Below are positions 1 through 8,176 of a stretch of DNA of 20,000 nt, piece by piece. The DNA is taken from IMG/VR virus record IMGVR_UViG_3300025778_000013, one strand, 5' to 3'. Position 1 is the stretch's first letter. Every line of letters begins with the position of its first letter. The DNA comes from an uncultured virus (IMG/VR IMGVR_UViG_3300025778_000013) (taxonomy: Duplodnaviria > Heunggongvirae > Uroviricota > Caudoviricetes). A program made the translations under genes and the position numbers. Below the pieces are notes generated by a model. That model made no database searches. It saw only the letters and a program-made list of their open reading frames with translations, and was not told the origin of the DNA.

Positions 1-1
1 A

Positions 2-2434
2 AAAGCATTGGAAGCATTTGATGCAAACTTAGCGGAGGACATGAACGAGGGCGAGTTAGCCCATATTGTTGGTGATTTACTTGGCGATTTTGATTCCGAT
101 ATTGCCTCGAGAAAAGACTGGATACAAACATATGTTGATGGTCTGCAGCTCCTTGGTTTAAAGATTGAGGAAAGAACAGAGCCTTGGGAAGGCGCTTGCG
201 GTGTGTATCACCCGATCATGAGCGAAGCATTGGTTAAATTCCAAGCAGAAACAATGATGTCTACATTCCCAGCAGCCGGTCCAGTTAAGACACAAATCAT
301 TGGTAAAGAAACACCAGATAAAAAAGCAGCGTCCGAACGTGTAGCTGCGGATATGAACTACCAGTTAACAGATGTAATGAAAGAGTATCGCCCTGAGCAT
401 GAGCGCATGTTGTGGGGCTTGGGTCTGGCTGGTAATGCGTTTAAAAAGATTTATATTGATCCAGCTCTAAACCGTCAAGTATCTATGTTTGTGCCTGCGG
501 AAGACATTGTTGTTCCATATGGTGCTTCAAGCTTAGAGACTGCGGATCGTGTAACCCACGTGATGCGTAAAACCGAGAACGACCTGCGTCGCTTACAAGT
601 AGCTGGGTTCTATCGTGATGTAGAGTTAGGTACGCCTGATAATATTTTAGATGAAGTTGAGAAGAAGATTGCTGAGAAGCTTGGCTTTAGAGCAACGACA
701 GACGACCGCTATAAGATTCTAGAGATGCATGTCAACCTTGACTTGCCAGGATATGAGCACAAAGACGAGAACGGTGAACCTACAGGCATAGCACTGCCAT
801 ATGTAGTAACAATCGAAAAAGGTAGTAACACCGTACTATCTATCCGCAGAAACTGGGAGCCAGATGATGAAACGTATCAAAAGAGACAGCACTTCGTCCA
901 CTACGGGTATGTACCTGGTTTTGGCTTCTATTGTTTTGGTCTCATCCATCTTATTGGCGCTTTTGCTAAAAGCGGTACTTCCATTCTTCGCCAGTTGGTT
1001 GATGCAGGGTCACTTGCAAATCTGCCAGGTGGCTTTAAGACCCGTGGCTTGCGAGTCAAAGGCGATGACACACCGATAGCTCCAGGTGAGTTCCGCGATG
1101 TCGATGTACCTAGTGGAGTTATGCGTGATAACATCATGCCGCTTCCATACAAAGAGCCAAGCCAAACATTAGCAGCTCTGCTAGACAAGATCATTATGGA
1201 AGGCCGTGCGTTTGCATCTGCGTCTGATATGCAGATCTCTGACATGGGCGCTAACACCCCAGTTGGTACAACACTAGCGATTCTAGAGCGTACGTTAAAA
1301 GTAATGTCTGCTGTTCAGGCTCGCATCCACTACAGCATGAAACAAGAGTTCCGTCTCTTAAAGAAAATCATTGCTGACTACACACCAGAGGAATATTCTT
1401 ATGAGCCGGACGAAGGCTCTCCACGTGCGAAAAAATCGGACTACGATAACGTTGACGTCATACCGGTGTCTGATCCCAATGCGTCGACAATGGCGCAAAA
1501 GATTGTCCAGTATCAAGCGGCTCTTCAACTGGCCCAGACAGCCCCGCAACTATATAACCTCCCGCTCTTGCACCGTCAGATGCTCGATGTTCTGGGGATT
1601 AAGGATGCGGCAAAACTTGTTCCGATGCAAGAAGACCAGAAGCCGGTGGACCCAATTACCGAGAACCAAAATCTTCTAACTAGTACACCAGTTAAAGCGT
1701 TCTCTTACCAAGATCATCAGGCGCATATCGCTGTACATATGTCATTCCTACACGATCCAAAGATTCAAGAACTGATGCAAAATAACCCACAAGCGCAAGT
1801 GATTCAGGCTGCTGCAATGGCCCACGTCAACGAGCACTTAGGATTTGCTTACCGTATTCAGATCGAACAACAATTGGGTATGACTTTACCTCCTCAAACC
1901 GACGAGTCTGGCGAAGATACCCATATGCCTCCAGAAGTAGAGGCACGCCTCGCTCCGTTGCTCGCCCAAGCTGCTACGCAATTACTCATGCAAAATCAAC
2001 AGCAAGCGGCGCAGCAACAAGCACAACAACAAGCCCAAGATCCGATTGTTCAAATGCAACAGCAAGAACTACAGATCAAGGCTGCCGAGCAGCAACGCAA
2101 AGCACAGAAAGATGCAACTGACGCACAACTCAAGCAGCAGCAATTGCAAATCGAAGTGCAGCGCATACAAACCCAAGCCCAAACAGACATGGCTAAAACT
2201 GCTGTTCAAGCACAGCAAGTCAAAGAAAAGATGGGTGTGGATTTAGTTAAGCAGCAAAAAGACCTGTTTGCCCAAGGACTAGATAATGCTCACAAACATG
2301 CTGCCGCAAAACATCAGCGTGAACAACAAGCAGAACAGTCTAACAAGCAGATGGAACACCAAGCTAAGCAAATGGAGCATCAAACTGCCCAAGTTGAAGC
2401 TAAACCAAAGGAAAAACCGACAAAAGGTAAATGA
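2..2434 (+). CDS. Phage portal protein (P22-like, long Gln-rich coiled-coil C-terminus); 5' end lies outside the window
   Basis: The frame is open from the window edge; the TTG at 8 is unlikely to be the real start. It encodes over 800 aa with portal-like segments (PWEGACGVYHP, GLAGNAFKKIY, FVHYGYVPGFGFYCFGLIH) and a Q/A-rich helical tail. It is the first gene of a head module. Confidence 0.85.
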   Translation, partial: KALEAFDANLAEDMNEGELAHIVGDLLGDFDSDIASRKDWIQTYVDGLQLLGLKIEERTEPWEGACGVYHPIMSEALVKFQAETMMSTFPAAGPVKTQIIGKETPDKKAASERVAADMNYQLTDVMKEYRPEHERMLWGLGLAGNAFKKIYIDPALNRQVSMFVPAEDIVVPYGASSLETADRVTHVMRKTENDLRRLQVAGFYRDVELGTPDNILDEVEKKIAEKLGFRATTDDRYKILEMHVNLDLPGYEHKDENGEPTGIALPYVVTIEKGSNTVLSIRRNWEPDDETYQKRQHFVHYGYVPGFGFYCFGLIHLIGAFAKSGTSILRQLVDAGSLANLPGGFKTRGLRVKGDDTPIAPGEFRDVDVPSGVMRDNIMPLPYKEPSQTLAALLDKIIMEGRAFASASDMQISDMGANTPVGTTLAILERTLKVMSAVQARIHYSMKQEFRLLKKIIADYTPEEYSYEPDEGSPRAKKSDYDNVDVIPVSDPNASTMAQKIVQYQAALQLAQTAPQLYNLPLLHRQMLDVLGIKDAAKLVPMQEDQKPVDPITENQNLLTSTPVKAFSYQDHQAHIAVHMSFLHDPKIQELMQNNPQAQVIQAAAMAHVNEHLGFAYRIQIEQQLGMTLPPQTDESGEDTHMPPEVEARLAPLLAQAATQLLMQNQQQAAQQQAQQQAQDPIVQMQQQELQIKAAEQQRKAQKDATDAQLKQQQLQIEVQRIQTQAQTDMAKTAVQAQQVKEKMGVDLVKQQKDLFAQGLDNAHKHAAAKHQREQQAEQSNKQMEHQAKQMEHQTAQVEAKPKEKPTKGK

Positions 2435-2625
2435 TGGATAAGAATCTAGAGTACCTCTTAAGTGAGTACAAAGACCGCATAGCTATGCTTCAAGAGGCGT
2501 TGCACCGTGGTAATTGTCAAAACTTTGAGGAGTATAGGTATATATGTGGTCAGCTTCGAGGTCTCGAGGCCGCATGTTTAACAATCGTAGATCTCAAAAA
2601 ACGAATGGAGAACTCGGATGAGTGA
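2431..2625 (+). CDS. Small helical hypothetical phage protein
   Basis: 64 aa; the ATGA overlaps the portal stop (translational coupling). Contains an EEYRYICGQLRGL motif. Confidence 0.75.
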   Translation: MMDKNLEYLLSEYKDRIAMLQEALHRGNCQNFEEYRYICGQLRGLEAACLTIVDLKKRMENSDE

Positions 2626-3073
2626 AATCCTTATCGGCTCAAACCCCGATAGCAGTGAAATAGTTATTACCGATGCACTAGGCAACCCAATGCCTTCTAT
2701 TAAACCAAAAGAAGAAGTACCTATTGAGGATAGAGGTAGACAACTTCCAAATCCATCAGGGTACAGAATCCTTTGCGCAATACCAGAAGTAGAAAAGGAA
2801 TTTGAAAGCGGACTGATTAAACCAGATGAAATGGTGAAAAAGGACGAGCTATTAACTACGGTTTTATTTGTAGTTCAGCTAGGCCCAGATTGCTATCAAG
2901 ATAAAAGCCGTTTCCCAAATGGACCTTGGTGCCAAGTAGGTGATTTTATTTTAGTACGTCCAAACGCTGGTACTCGTGTCGTGATTCATGGCAAAGAGTT
3001 CCGGATTATTAATGATGACTCGGTAGAAGCGGTGGTCCAAGACCCACGTGGAATTAGCCGTAAATTTATTTAA
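2618..3073 (+). CDS. groES: GroES/Cpn10-like co-chaperonin
   Basis: PSGYRIL...ESGLIKP...VVQLGPDCY...CQVGDFILV..NAGTRVVIHGKEFRIINDDSVEAVV follows the Cpn10 pattern (PLxDRV, GGIVL mobile loop, VAVGPG, VKVGDxV, GxEV, I.ESDILAIV). It has an N-terminal extension of about 40 aa. Confidence 0.85.
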   Translation: MSEILIGSNPDSSEIVITDALGNPMPSIKPKEEVPIEDRGRQLPNPSGYRILCAIPEVEKEFESGLIKPDEMVKKDELLTTVLFVVQLGPDCYQDKSRFPNGPWCQVGDFILVRPNAGTRVVIHGKEFRIINDDSVEAVVQDPRGISRKFI

Positions 3074-3085
3074 GGAGCCTACAAG

Positions 3086-4057
3086 ATGGCTGAAATGCAA
3101 AAAGAAGAATACAAATTTCCTGATGAAGTAGAGGATAAAGGAGTATCTGAAGGCGAGTTCGAGATTGAAATCGAAGATGATACACCCCCAGAAGACCGTA
3201 ACAAAGAGCCAATGCCCAAAGAAATTGTGGAAAAGCTCGATAAGGATGAACTAGATAAGTACGAAGGTGAGACTAAAGAAAAGTTCAAACAACTCAAAAA
3301 GGTCTGGAACGACGAACGTCGGGAAAAAGAAAAGGCTGCTCGGGAACGTGAAGAAGCACTGGCGTTAGCCCGTAAAGCTATTGAAGAAAACAGACAGCTA
3401 AAAGAAAGACTTAGTTCTGGCGAACAGGTAATTGTGGATTCTCACAAAGCCGCAGCCCAGTCTGAGCTAGATTTAGCTAAAAAAGAGTACCGTGAAGCAT
3501 ATGATTCTGGCGATGCAGACAAGTTAATTGAAGCACAAGAGAAGCTAACAGCTGCCAAAATCAAAGCAGATCGCTTAGAAAGATATGAAGCACCTAAACA
3601 AAAAGCTTTACAAGAAGAAGAATATGTAGTACAAAGGGAGCAACCTGCACAAATTGAGCCAGACAAAAAGGCTGCAAAGTGGCAGAAAAAGAACAAATGG
3701 TTTGGTCGTGATGAAGAAATGACGAGCCTTGCCCTTGGTCTACATGAAAAACTCAAACGAAACGGTGTTCCCATCGGATCTGATGAGTATTACAGTAGCA
3801 TTGACAAAACAATGCGAAAACGTTTCCCAGAAGCTTTTGAAAAAGAGCAGAAGGAAAAAGAAGTAGAAGCTGCGGAAGACGATCGACAAAAGACTTCTAA
3901 ACCCAAAGCGAGCACGGTTGTAGCGCCCGCAACTCGTAGTACCTCGTCGAAAAAGGTTCGATTGACTACTACACAGGTCCAAATCGCAAAAAGATTAGGG
4001 CTTTCCCCTGAGCAATACGTCCGTGAACAATTGAAATTGGAGGCCCAAAATGGCTGA
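3086..4057 (+). CDS. Putative capsid scaffolding protein
   Basis: AGGAG RBS upstream. The protein is highly charged (E/K) and coiled-coil-like, with an acidic N-terminus and a C-terminal helix-turn-helix-like segment (LTTTQVQIAKRLGLSPEQY). It lies between portal and capsid genes. Confidence 0.65.
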   Translation: MAEMQKEEYKFPDEVEDKGVSEGEFEIEIEDDTPPEDRNKEPMPKEIVEKLDKDELDKYEGETKEKFKQLKKVWNDERREKEKAAREREEALALARKAIEENRQLKERLSSGEQVIVDSHKAAAQSELDLAKKEYREAYDSGDADKLIEAQEKLTAAKIKADRLERYEAPKQKALQEEEYVVQREQPAQIEPDKKAAKWQKKNKWFGRDEEMTSLALGLHEKLKRNGVPIGSDEYYSSIDKTMRKRFPEAFEKEQKEKEVEAAEDDRQKTSKPKASTVVAPATRSTSSKKVRLTTTQVQIAKRLGLSPEQYVREQLKLEAQNG

Positions 4058-4505
4058 AGCAAAAAATAGACTTACCCGTGAAGTAGAGAACCGTGAATTT
4101 GTCGAGCGTCCTAAACAGTGGATGCCTGCCGAACTTCTCCCAGAGCCGGACAAACAGGCTGGTTACGCTTACCGTTGGATTCGTACTGCTACGCTAAATC
4201 AAGCAGACCCTCGCAATCTTTCTGGAAAACTCCGTGAAGGTTGGGAACCTGTAGCGTTAGAAGAACAACCTAAATTTAAACTGTTAGTCGACCCAACTAG
4301 TCGTTTTAAAGACAACATTGAGATCGGCGGGTTATTACTTTGCAAGACTCCTGAAGAATTTGTGCAGCAGCGTAACGAACATTATGCTAAACAAACACAA
4401 GCTCAAACGGAAGCTGTAGATAATAACTTAATGCGCCAAAGTGATCCTCGTATGCCTATTTTTAAAGAAGGTAAAGCGACGACTACATTTGGTTCTGGTA
4501 GTTAA
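4050..4505 (+). CDS. Conserved hypothetical head-module protein
   Basis: GGAGG RBS; overlaps the scaffold stop; 151 aa with YRWIR, REGWEPV and GGLLLCK motifs. Confidence 0.7.
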   Translation: MAEAKNRLTREVENREFVERPKQWMPAELLPEPDKQAGYAYRWIRTATLNQADPRNLSGKLREGWEPVALEEQPKFKLLVDPTSRFKDNIEIGGLLLCKTPEEFVQQRNEHYAKQTQAQTEAVDNNLMRQSDPRMPIFKEGKATTTFGSGS

Positions 4506-4531
4506 TTTTTTATTAATCTTAGGAGATTTAA

Positions 4532-5158
4532 ATGGCTTATCCAACCGTTTCTGCTCCCTACGGCCTAGTCGCTGTTAACCGTGCTGATTTCATGCCATAT
4601 GCTGGCGCAACTCAGCTTTTGCCAATTGCAAGTACTTATAATACTGCGATTTTCAACGGTGACATCGTTATGGTCAAAGGTGGCAATATCATCAAATCTA
4701 ACGTAACTGTAGACTCTACAACTGACAATACCGCTAACTTGACTTATGGCGTATTCGTTGGTGTTCAGTACGTTAACACACAAGGTCAAACTGTAGAAGC
4801 TCAGTACTACCCAGGTAATGCTGCTGCAACCACAGCTTATGCTTATGTTGTTAGCGATCCTATGGCTGCGTTTAAAGTTGCTGTTACGTATTCTGGTAAT
4901 ACAACTGTTACTACTGCTAACGCTTCTGTAGTTGGCACAAACTTGAGCATTGTACAAAGCGCTGGCTCTACTACTACTGGTGATTCTGCTATTTCTGTAG
5001 CTGCTCCAGTAACTGGTACAGGTAACGCCGCTGCATGGCCTGTTAAGTGCATCGCTGTAGTTCCTGAAACTGCAACCGGTACAAACGCCTTCACTGAAGT
5101 TATCGTGAAGTTGAACAACCCACAGATGCTGTCTACTGCAGCTCAAAACTACGTCTAA
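4532..5158 (+). CDS. Structural protein, possibly capsid decoration/cement protein
   Basis: Strong AGGAG RBS; T/A/V/G-rich beta-type composition; immediately upstream of the major capsid gene. Function is inferred from position. Confidence 0.55.
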   Translation: MAYPTVSAPYGLVAVNRADFMPYAGATQLLPIASTYNTAIFNGDIVMVKGGNIIKSNVTVDSTTDNTANLTYGVFVGVQYVNTQGQTVEAQYYPGNAAATTAYAYVVSDPMAAFKVAVTYSGNTTVTTANASVVGTNLSIVQSAGSTTTGDSAISVAAPVTGTGNAAAWPVKCIAVVPETATGTNAFTEVIVKLNNPQMLSTAAQNYV

Positions 5159-5170
5159 GGAGCTAATTAA

Positions 5171-6079
5171 ATGGCTATTTCTCGTGCACAGCTCCTAAAA
5201 GAGCTATTACCAGGCTTAAATGCTTTGTTCGGATTAGAGTATGCTCGCTACGGCGAAGAGCATAAAGAGATCTACGAAACAGAAACATCTGAGCGTTCTT
5301 TCGAAGAAGAAACAAAGTTGTCAGGTTTCAGCGCTGCCCCAGTTAAAAACGAAGGCTCCGCAATTGCGTACGATAATGCGCAAGAAGCATGGACAGCTCG
5401 CTACAACCATCAAACTATCGCTCTTGGCTTTAGCTTGACAGAAGAAGCGATCGAAGACAACTTGTATGATTCTTTATCTGCTCGTTACACTAAGGCACTC
5501 GCCCGTGCTATGGCTTACACCAAGCAAGTTAAAGCTGCTGCTGTATTGAACAACGGTTTCACCACTGGCTACAACGGTGGCGACAATACTACATTGTTCT
5601 CTACACAACATCCTTTGGTTTCTGGTGGTTATAACAGCAACACTCCATCTGTTGCCGCTGACTTGAATGAAACTTCTTTGGAAGCTGCCGTAATTCAAAT
5701 CGCTGCTTGGACAGACGAGCGTGGTCTCTTGATCGCTGCTAAGCCTAAGAAGTTAGTTGTTCCTCCTGCTCTCCAGTTCGTTGCAACTCGTTTGCTTGAA
5801 ACTGAATTGCGTGTTGGTACAAACGACAACGATATCAACGCATTGAAAAACAACGGTTCAATCCCAGAAGGTTACGCAATTAACCACTTCTTGACCGACA
5901 CCAATGCTTGGTTCTTGACAACTGATGTACCTAACGGCATGAAGCATTTCGTTCGCACCCCATTGCAAAACAGCATGGATGGTGACTTCGACACAGGTAA
6001 CGTACGTTACAAGTCTCGTGAGCGTTATTCTTTCGGCTGGTCTGATCCACTCGGTATGTACGGTTCTCCTGGAGCCTAA
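5171..6079 (+). CDS. Major capsid protein (HK97 fold, Mu gpT-like)
   Basis: 302 aa with an AAGGAG RBS and a following terminator. Recognisable segments include MAISRAQLLKELLPGLNALFG, SFEEETKLSGF, PKKLVVPPAL and DFDTGNVRYKSRERYSFGWSDP. Confidence 0.9.
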   Translation: MAISRAQLLKELLPGLNALFGLEYARYGEEHKEIYETETSERSFEEETKLSGFSAAPVKNEGSAIAYDNAQEAWTARYNHQTIALGFSLTEEAIEDNLYDSLSARYTKALARAMAYTKQVKAAAVLNNGFTTGYNGGDNTTLFSTQHPLVSGGYNSNTPSVAADLNETSLEAAVIQIAAWTDERGLLIAAKPKKLVVPPALQFVATRLLETELRVGTNDNDINALKNNGSIPEGYAINHFLTDTNAWFLTTDVPNGMKHFVRTPLQNSMDGDFDTGNVRYKSRERYSFGWSDPLGMYGSPGA

Positions 6080-6100
6080 TACCTCAAACCCCGTGTTTGG

Positions 6101-6131
6101 ACCCCGCTCACAAGGCGGGGTTTTTCTTTTC
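6101..6131 (+). terminator. Rho-independent terminator of the head operon
   Basis: ACCCCGC (6101-6107) pairs with GCGGGGT (6115-6121), followed by TTTTCTTTT, about 20 nt after the capsid stop. Confidence 0.85.
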
Positions 6132-6461
6132 TTCGTAGTGGTGGATTCTGTGGCAGTTAGCGCATAGCACTACACACTTTTTAATTTCTTCGTAAGCCTT
6201 TTTGTATTGGGCATTTGATACGTAGCGGTTTACGTTGCCTTCTTTCGTACTTGGATCTTCGTGGTGAAAATCTAATGCTGCATGGTGGTCAAACCCACAT
6301 TTTGTACACTTAAGTGTACATTTAAATGCATCCCATTCTTTTTTTAACTCTTTACGTCTAGCATTGATTGCTTCTCGTCTTTTGGCATAGTTGCCAAGAT
6401 AATGCTTACGGCTGTACTCCGCATGTTTGGCTTTTCTTACGTTCGCGTCTTTGTACGGCAT
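6108..6461 (-). CDS. HNH endonuclease (Zn-binding)
   Basis: CTKCG..HHAALDFHH...EIKKCVVLCANCHRIHH. The likely start is ATG at 6461 (MPYKD), with an AAGGT SD-like motif upstream, rather than 6539. Confidence 0.8.
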   Translation of the reverse strand: MPYKDANVRKAKHAEYSRKHYLGNYAKRREAINARRKELKKEWDAFKCTLKCTKCGFDHHAALDFHHEDPSTKEGNVNRYVSNAQYKKAYEEIKKCVVLCANCHRIHHYEEKKNPAL

Positions 6462-6894
6462 CCGGTTGTACCTTATATCTCCAATAGATCGCATTTTTAA
6501 ACGACCATTTGTTAGCGGGGGTATAAATTTTAAAACCACAACTAATAAGACTATTAGAGGAAGCTGGGTTATTTGTAGTGTCCGTAATTAACCAATTCCA
6601 ACCCAGCTCTTTAGCTTTCCGAATTCTTACTGATATTAAACGTTTTTGCAAACCATGTCCAGTATACCCATCTAATACACCTGCCCTACATAAATATCCT
6701 GTATCGCTCCACTTGATCGAGCGGACCAAACCCGCAAAACCTACAGGCTTTCCATCCTCTGCATAAGCAACCCACCAATGGCCCCGATCCGGTTGGTACG
6801 GCGTATCCGCCGGAAGTATTTTCTTTTGAAGAAAAAGTAGTGTGGTTTGAACTGACGGTACTCGAATATCCACTTTTTTTACTGTAAATTGCAT
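6406..6894 (-). CDS. GNAT-family N-acetyltransferase
   Basis: GKPVGFAGL strand, acetyl-CoA motif A-like GVLDGYTGHGLQKRL and motif B-like NPASSNSLISCGF. A GAGGAG RBS (6909-6904) lies 9 nt upstream of the ATG. Confidence 0.8.
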   Translation of the reverse strand: MQFTVKKVDIRVPSVQTTLLFLQKKILPADTPYQPDRGHWWVAYAEDGKPVGFAGLVRSIKWSDTGYLCRAGVLDGYTGHGLQKRLISVRIRKAKELGWNWLITDTTNNPASSNSLISCGFKIYTPANKWSFKNAIYWRYKVQPDAVQRRERKKSQTCGVQP

Positions 6895-6940
6895 TTCCCA
6901 TAGCTCCTCAATTATTTACCAGATTTATACTATTTTACCG

Positions 6941-6977
6941 AAAAAAGTGTTGCACAAATAAGAAAGTGTAGTATTAT
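6941..6977 (+). promoter_or_regulatory. Sigma70-like promoter
   Basis: A-tract at 6941-6946, -35 TTGCAC (6950-6955), 16-nt spacer and -10 TATTAT (6972-6977). The predicted start at about 6983-6985 is just before the structured RNA. Confidence 0.55.
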
Positions 6978-6985
6978 TGAAGAAA

Positions 6986-7058
6986 CCGGGAAAACCGGCC
7001 TTTTAGACTGTCCCGGCAGACGCATACACGACTAACTGGCTTATCTTTGTATGAAGGA
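6986..7058 (+). ncRNA. Candidate structured cis-regulatory RNA with two pseudoknots (reminiscent of the Polynucleobacter-1 motif)
   Basis: Complementary pairs: CCGGGA 6986-6991/TCCCGG 7011-7016; GCC 6998-7000/GGC 7038-7040 plus TTAG 7003-7006/CTAA 7032-7035; CTG 7008-7010/CAG 7017-7019; CATACA 7023-7028/TGTATG 7048-7053. The family resemblance is from memory and unverified. Confidence 0.6.
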
Positions 7059-7067
7059 CAATTCGTT

Positions 7068-7580
7068 ATGGCACTATCTACCACCCAGTCAATTTGGCGT
7101 TCTGGCGGCGGCGATCAAACTCGCACAGCATTATGTGGCACAGCAGGCATGTATTTGCCTTTTTATGTTGCAAACAGCTCCGCTACTGCAAATATCGTAA
7201 ATAGCTCAGCAAATTCACAAGCTTTGATTCTCCCAGCAGGTGCAGTTATTACTAGCATCACTGTTACTAATACAACTACTGGCGGTAACTCAGCAATTAA
7301 CATTGGCTACACACCTTTGGTCCAAGTTGGTCCAGGCCAAGCAACTACTTTAGGTACAAACGTTCCTGCAGCATTTGTTAACGGCGGTAACGTAGCTACT
7401 CGTACATTGTTTAATATTTCTTCTGCTACTGCTGGTTCTTCCATGAGCAACGTTGCTAATGCAACTAACTTAATTGTATTGACCGCTACTGCTGGCGCTC
7501 CTGGTGCTACTGGTGTTGCAATCTCTGGAAACATCCACTACTACGTAGCTGATCCAATTAACGGCGTACAAAACGTTTAA
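7068..7580 (+). CDS. Hypothetical virion structural protein
   Basis: The ATG at 7068 follows the AAGGA RBS (7054-7058), so it is preferred over the TTG at 7047. The 170-aa product is T/A/G/N-rich with a beta-type composition. Confidence 0.7.
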   Translation: MALSTTQSIWRSGGGDQTRTALCGTAGMYLPFYVANSSATANIVNSSANSQALILPAGAVITSITVTNTTTGGNSAINIGYTPLVQVGPGQATTLGTNVPAAFVNGGNVATRTLFNISSATAGSSMSNVANATNLIVLTATAGAPGATGVAISGNIHYYVADPINGVQNV

Positions 7581-7589
7581 TTAATCTTA

Positions 7590-7603
7590 GGGGCTTCGGC
7601 CCC
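7590..7603 (+). promoter_or_regulatory. GC hairpin with C(UUCG)G tetraloop; RNA-stabilising or processing hairpin, or weak terminator
   Basis: GGGGC-TTCG-GCCCC between genes, with no proper U-tract after it. Confidence 0.6.
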
Positions 7604-7626
7604 ACTTAAATCTTAGGAGATTAATT

Positions 7627-7917
7627 ATGACGATGCAATATGACGTAAAGTCGGCAAACGCAAACGCAAGTGCGCAGTTAGTTACTGGTCGTGTTCGTTT
7701 AAAACAACTTACTTTTGTAGGTAGTGGCACTGCTGGCTCTGTAACTTTATACGATACCGCGGCTAACTCTGCTACTGGTAATGTTCTTTGGCAAACAAAA
7801 ACAAGTACTGGAGTACAACCATTCCAAGTATTAATTCCCGGCGAGGGAATTTTGGTTTACAACGGTATTTATGCCTCGCTTGCAAACATCTTAACCGTTA
7901 CTTGTATTTATGGCTAA
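7627..7917 (+). CDS. Small hypothetical structural protein
   Basis: AGGAG RBS; 96 aa beta-type protein with an IPGEGIL motif. Confidence 0.7.
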   Translation: MTMQYDVKSANANASAQLVTGRVRLKQLTFVGSGTAGSVTLYDTAANSATGNVLWQTKTSTGVQPFQVLIPGEGILVYNGIYASLANILTVTCIYG

Positions 7918-8176
7918 GAAAAAAGGTGTCTCGCTTGCAGTTGGTCGTGGTGAAAAGCTGCCTGCATCTAAGGGCGCTGGGCTTACCGCCAAGGGTCGTG
8001 CTAAATATAACGCAGCTACTGGCTCGCATTTAAAAGCACCACAACCCGAAGGCGGTCCACGTAAAAAGTCTTTTTGCGCTAGGATGTCAGGTATGCCTGG
8101 TCCAATGAAAGATGAGAAAGGGCGGCCTACTCGTAAAGCCGCTAGTCTAAAACGTTGGAAATGTGGAACAAAATGA
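7910..8176 (+). CDS. Small basic protein with RKKSFCARM...SLKRWKC motif
   Basis: 88 aa, K/G/R-rich, overlapping the upstream stop. I recognise the KSFCARM motif from aquatic phage proteins of unknown function. Confidence 0.7.
   Translation: MAKKKGVSLAVGRGEKLPASKGAGLTAKGRAKYNAATGSHLKAPQPEGGPRKKSFCARMSGMPGPMKDEKGRPTRKAASLKRWKCGTK

Noticed and set aside
6686..6901. Minus-strand 71-aa ORF sharing the GAGGAG RBS with the GNAT
   Set aside because: Its ATG is only 2 nt from the SD, whereas the GNAT ATG is 9 nt away; it has no recognisable protein features.
6911..6960. Divergent promoter for the GNAT-HNH cassette
   Set aside because: -10-like hexamers exist on the minus strand (TAAAAT, TAGTAT), but no well-spaced -35 was found, so it is too weak to call.
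6986..7058. tRNA or known self-cleaving ribozyme (hammerhead, twister, pistol, HDV-like)
   Set aside because: I saw no cloverleaf or T-loop and could not match the catalytic core consensus of these classes by eye; it is kept as an unassigned structured RNA.
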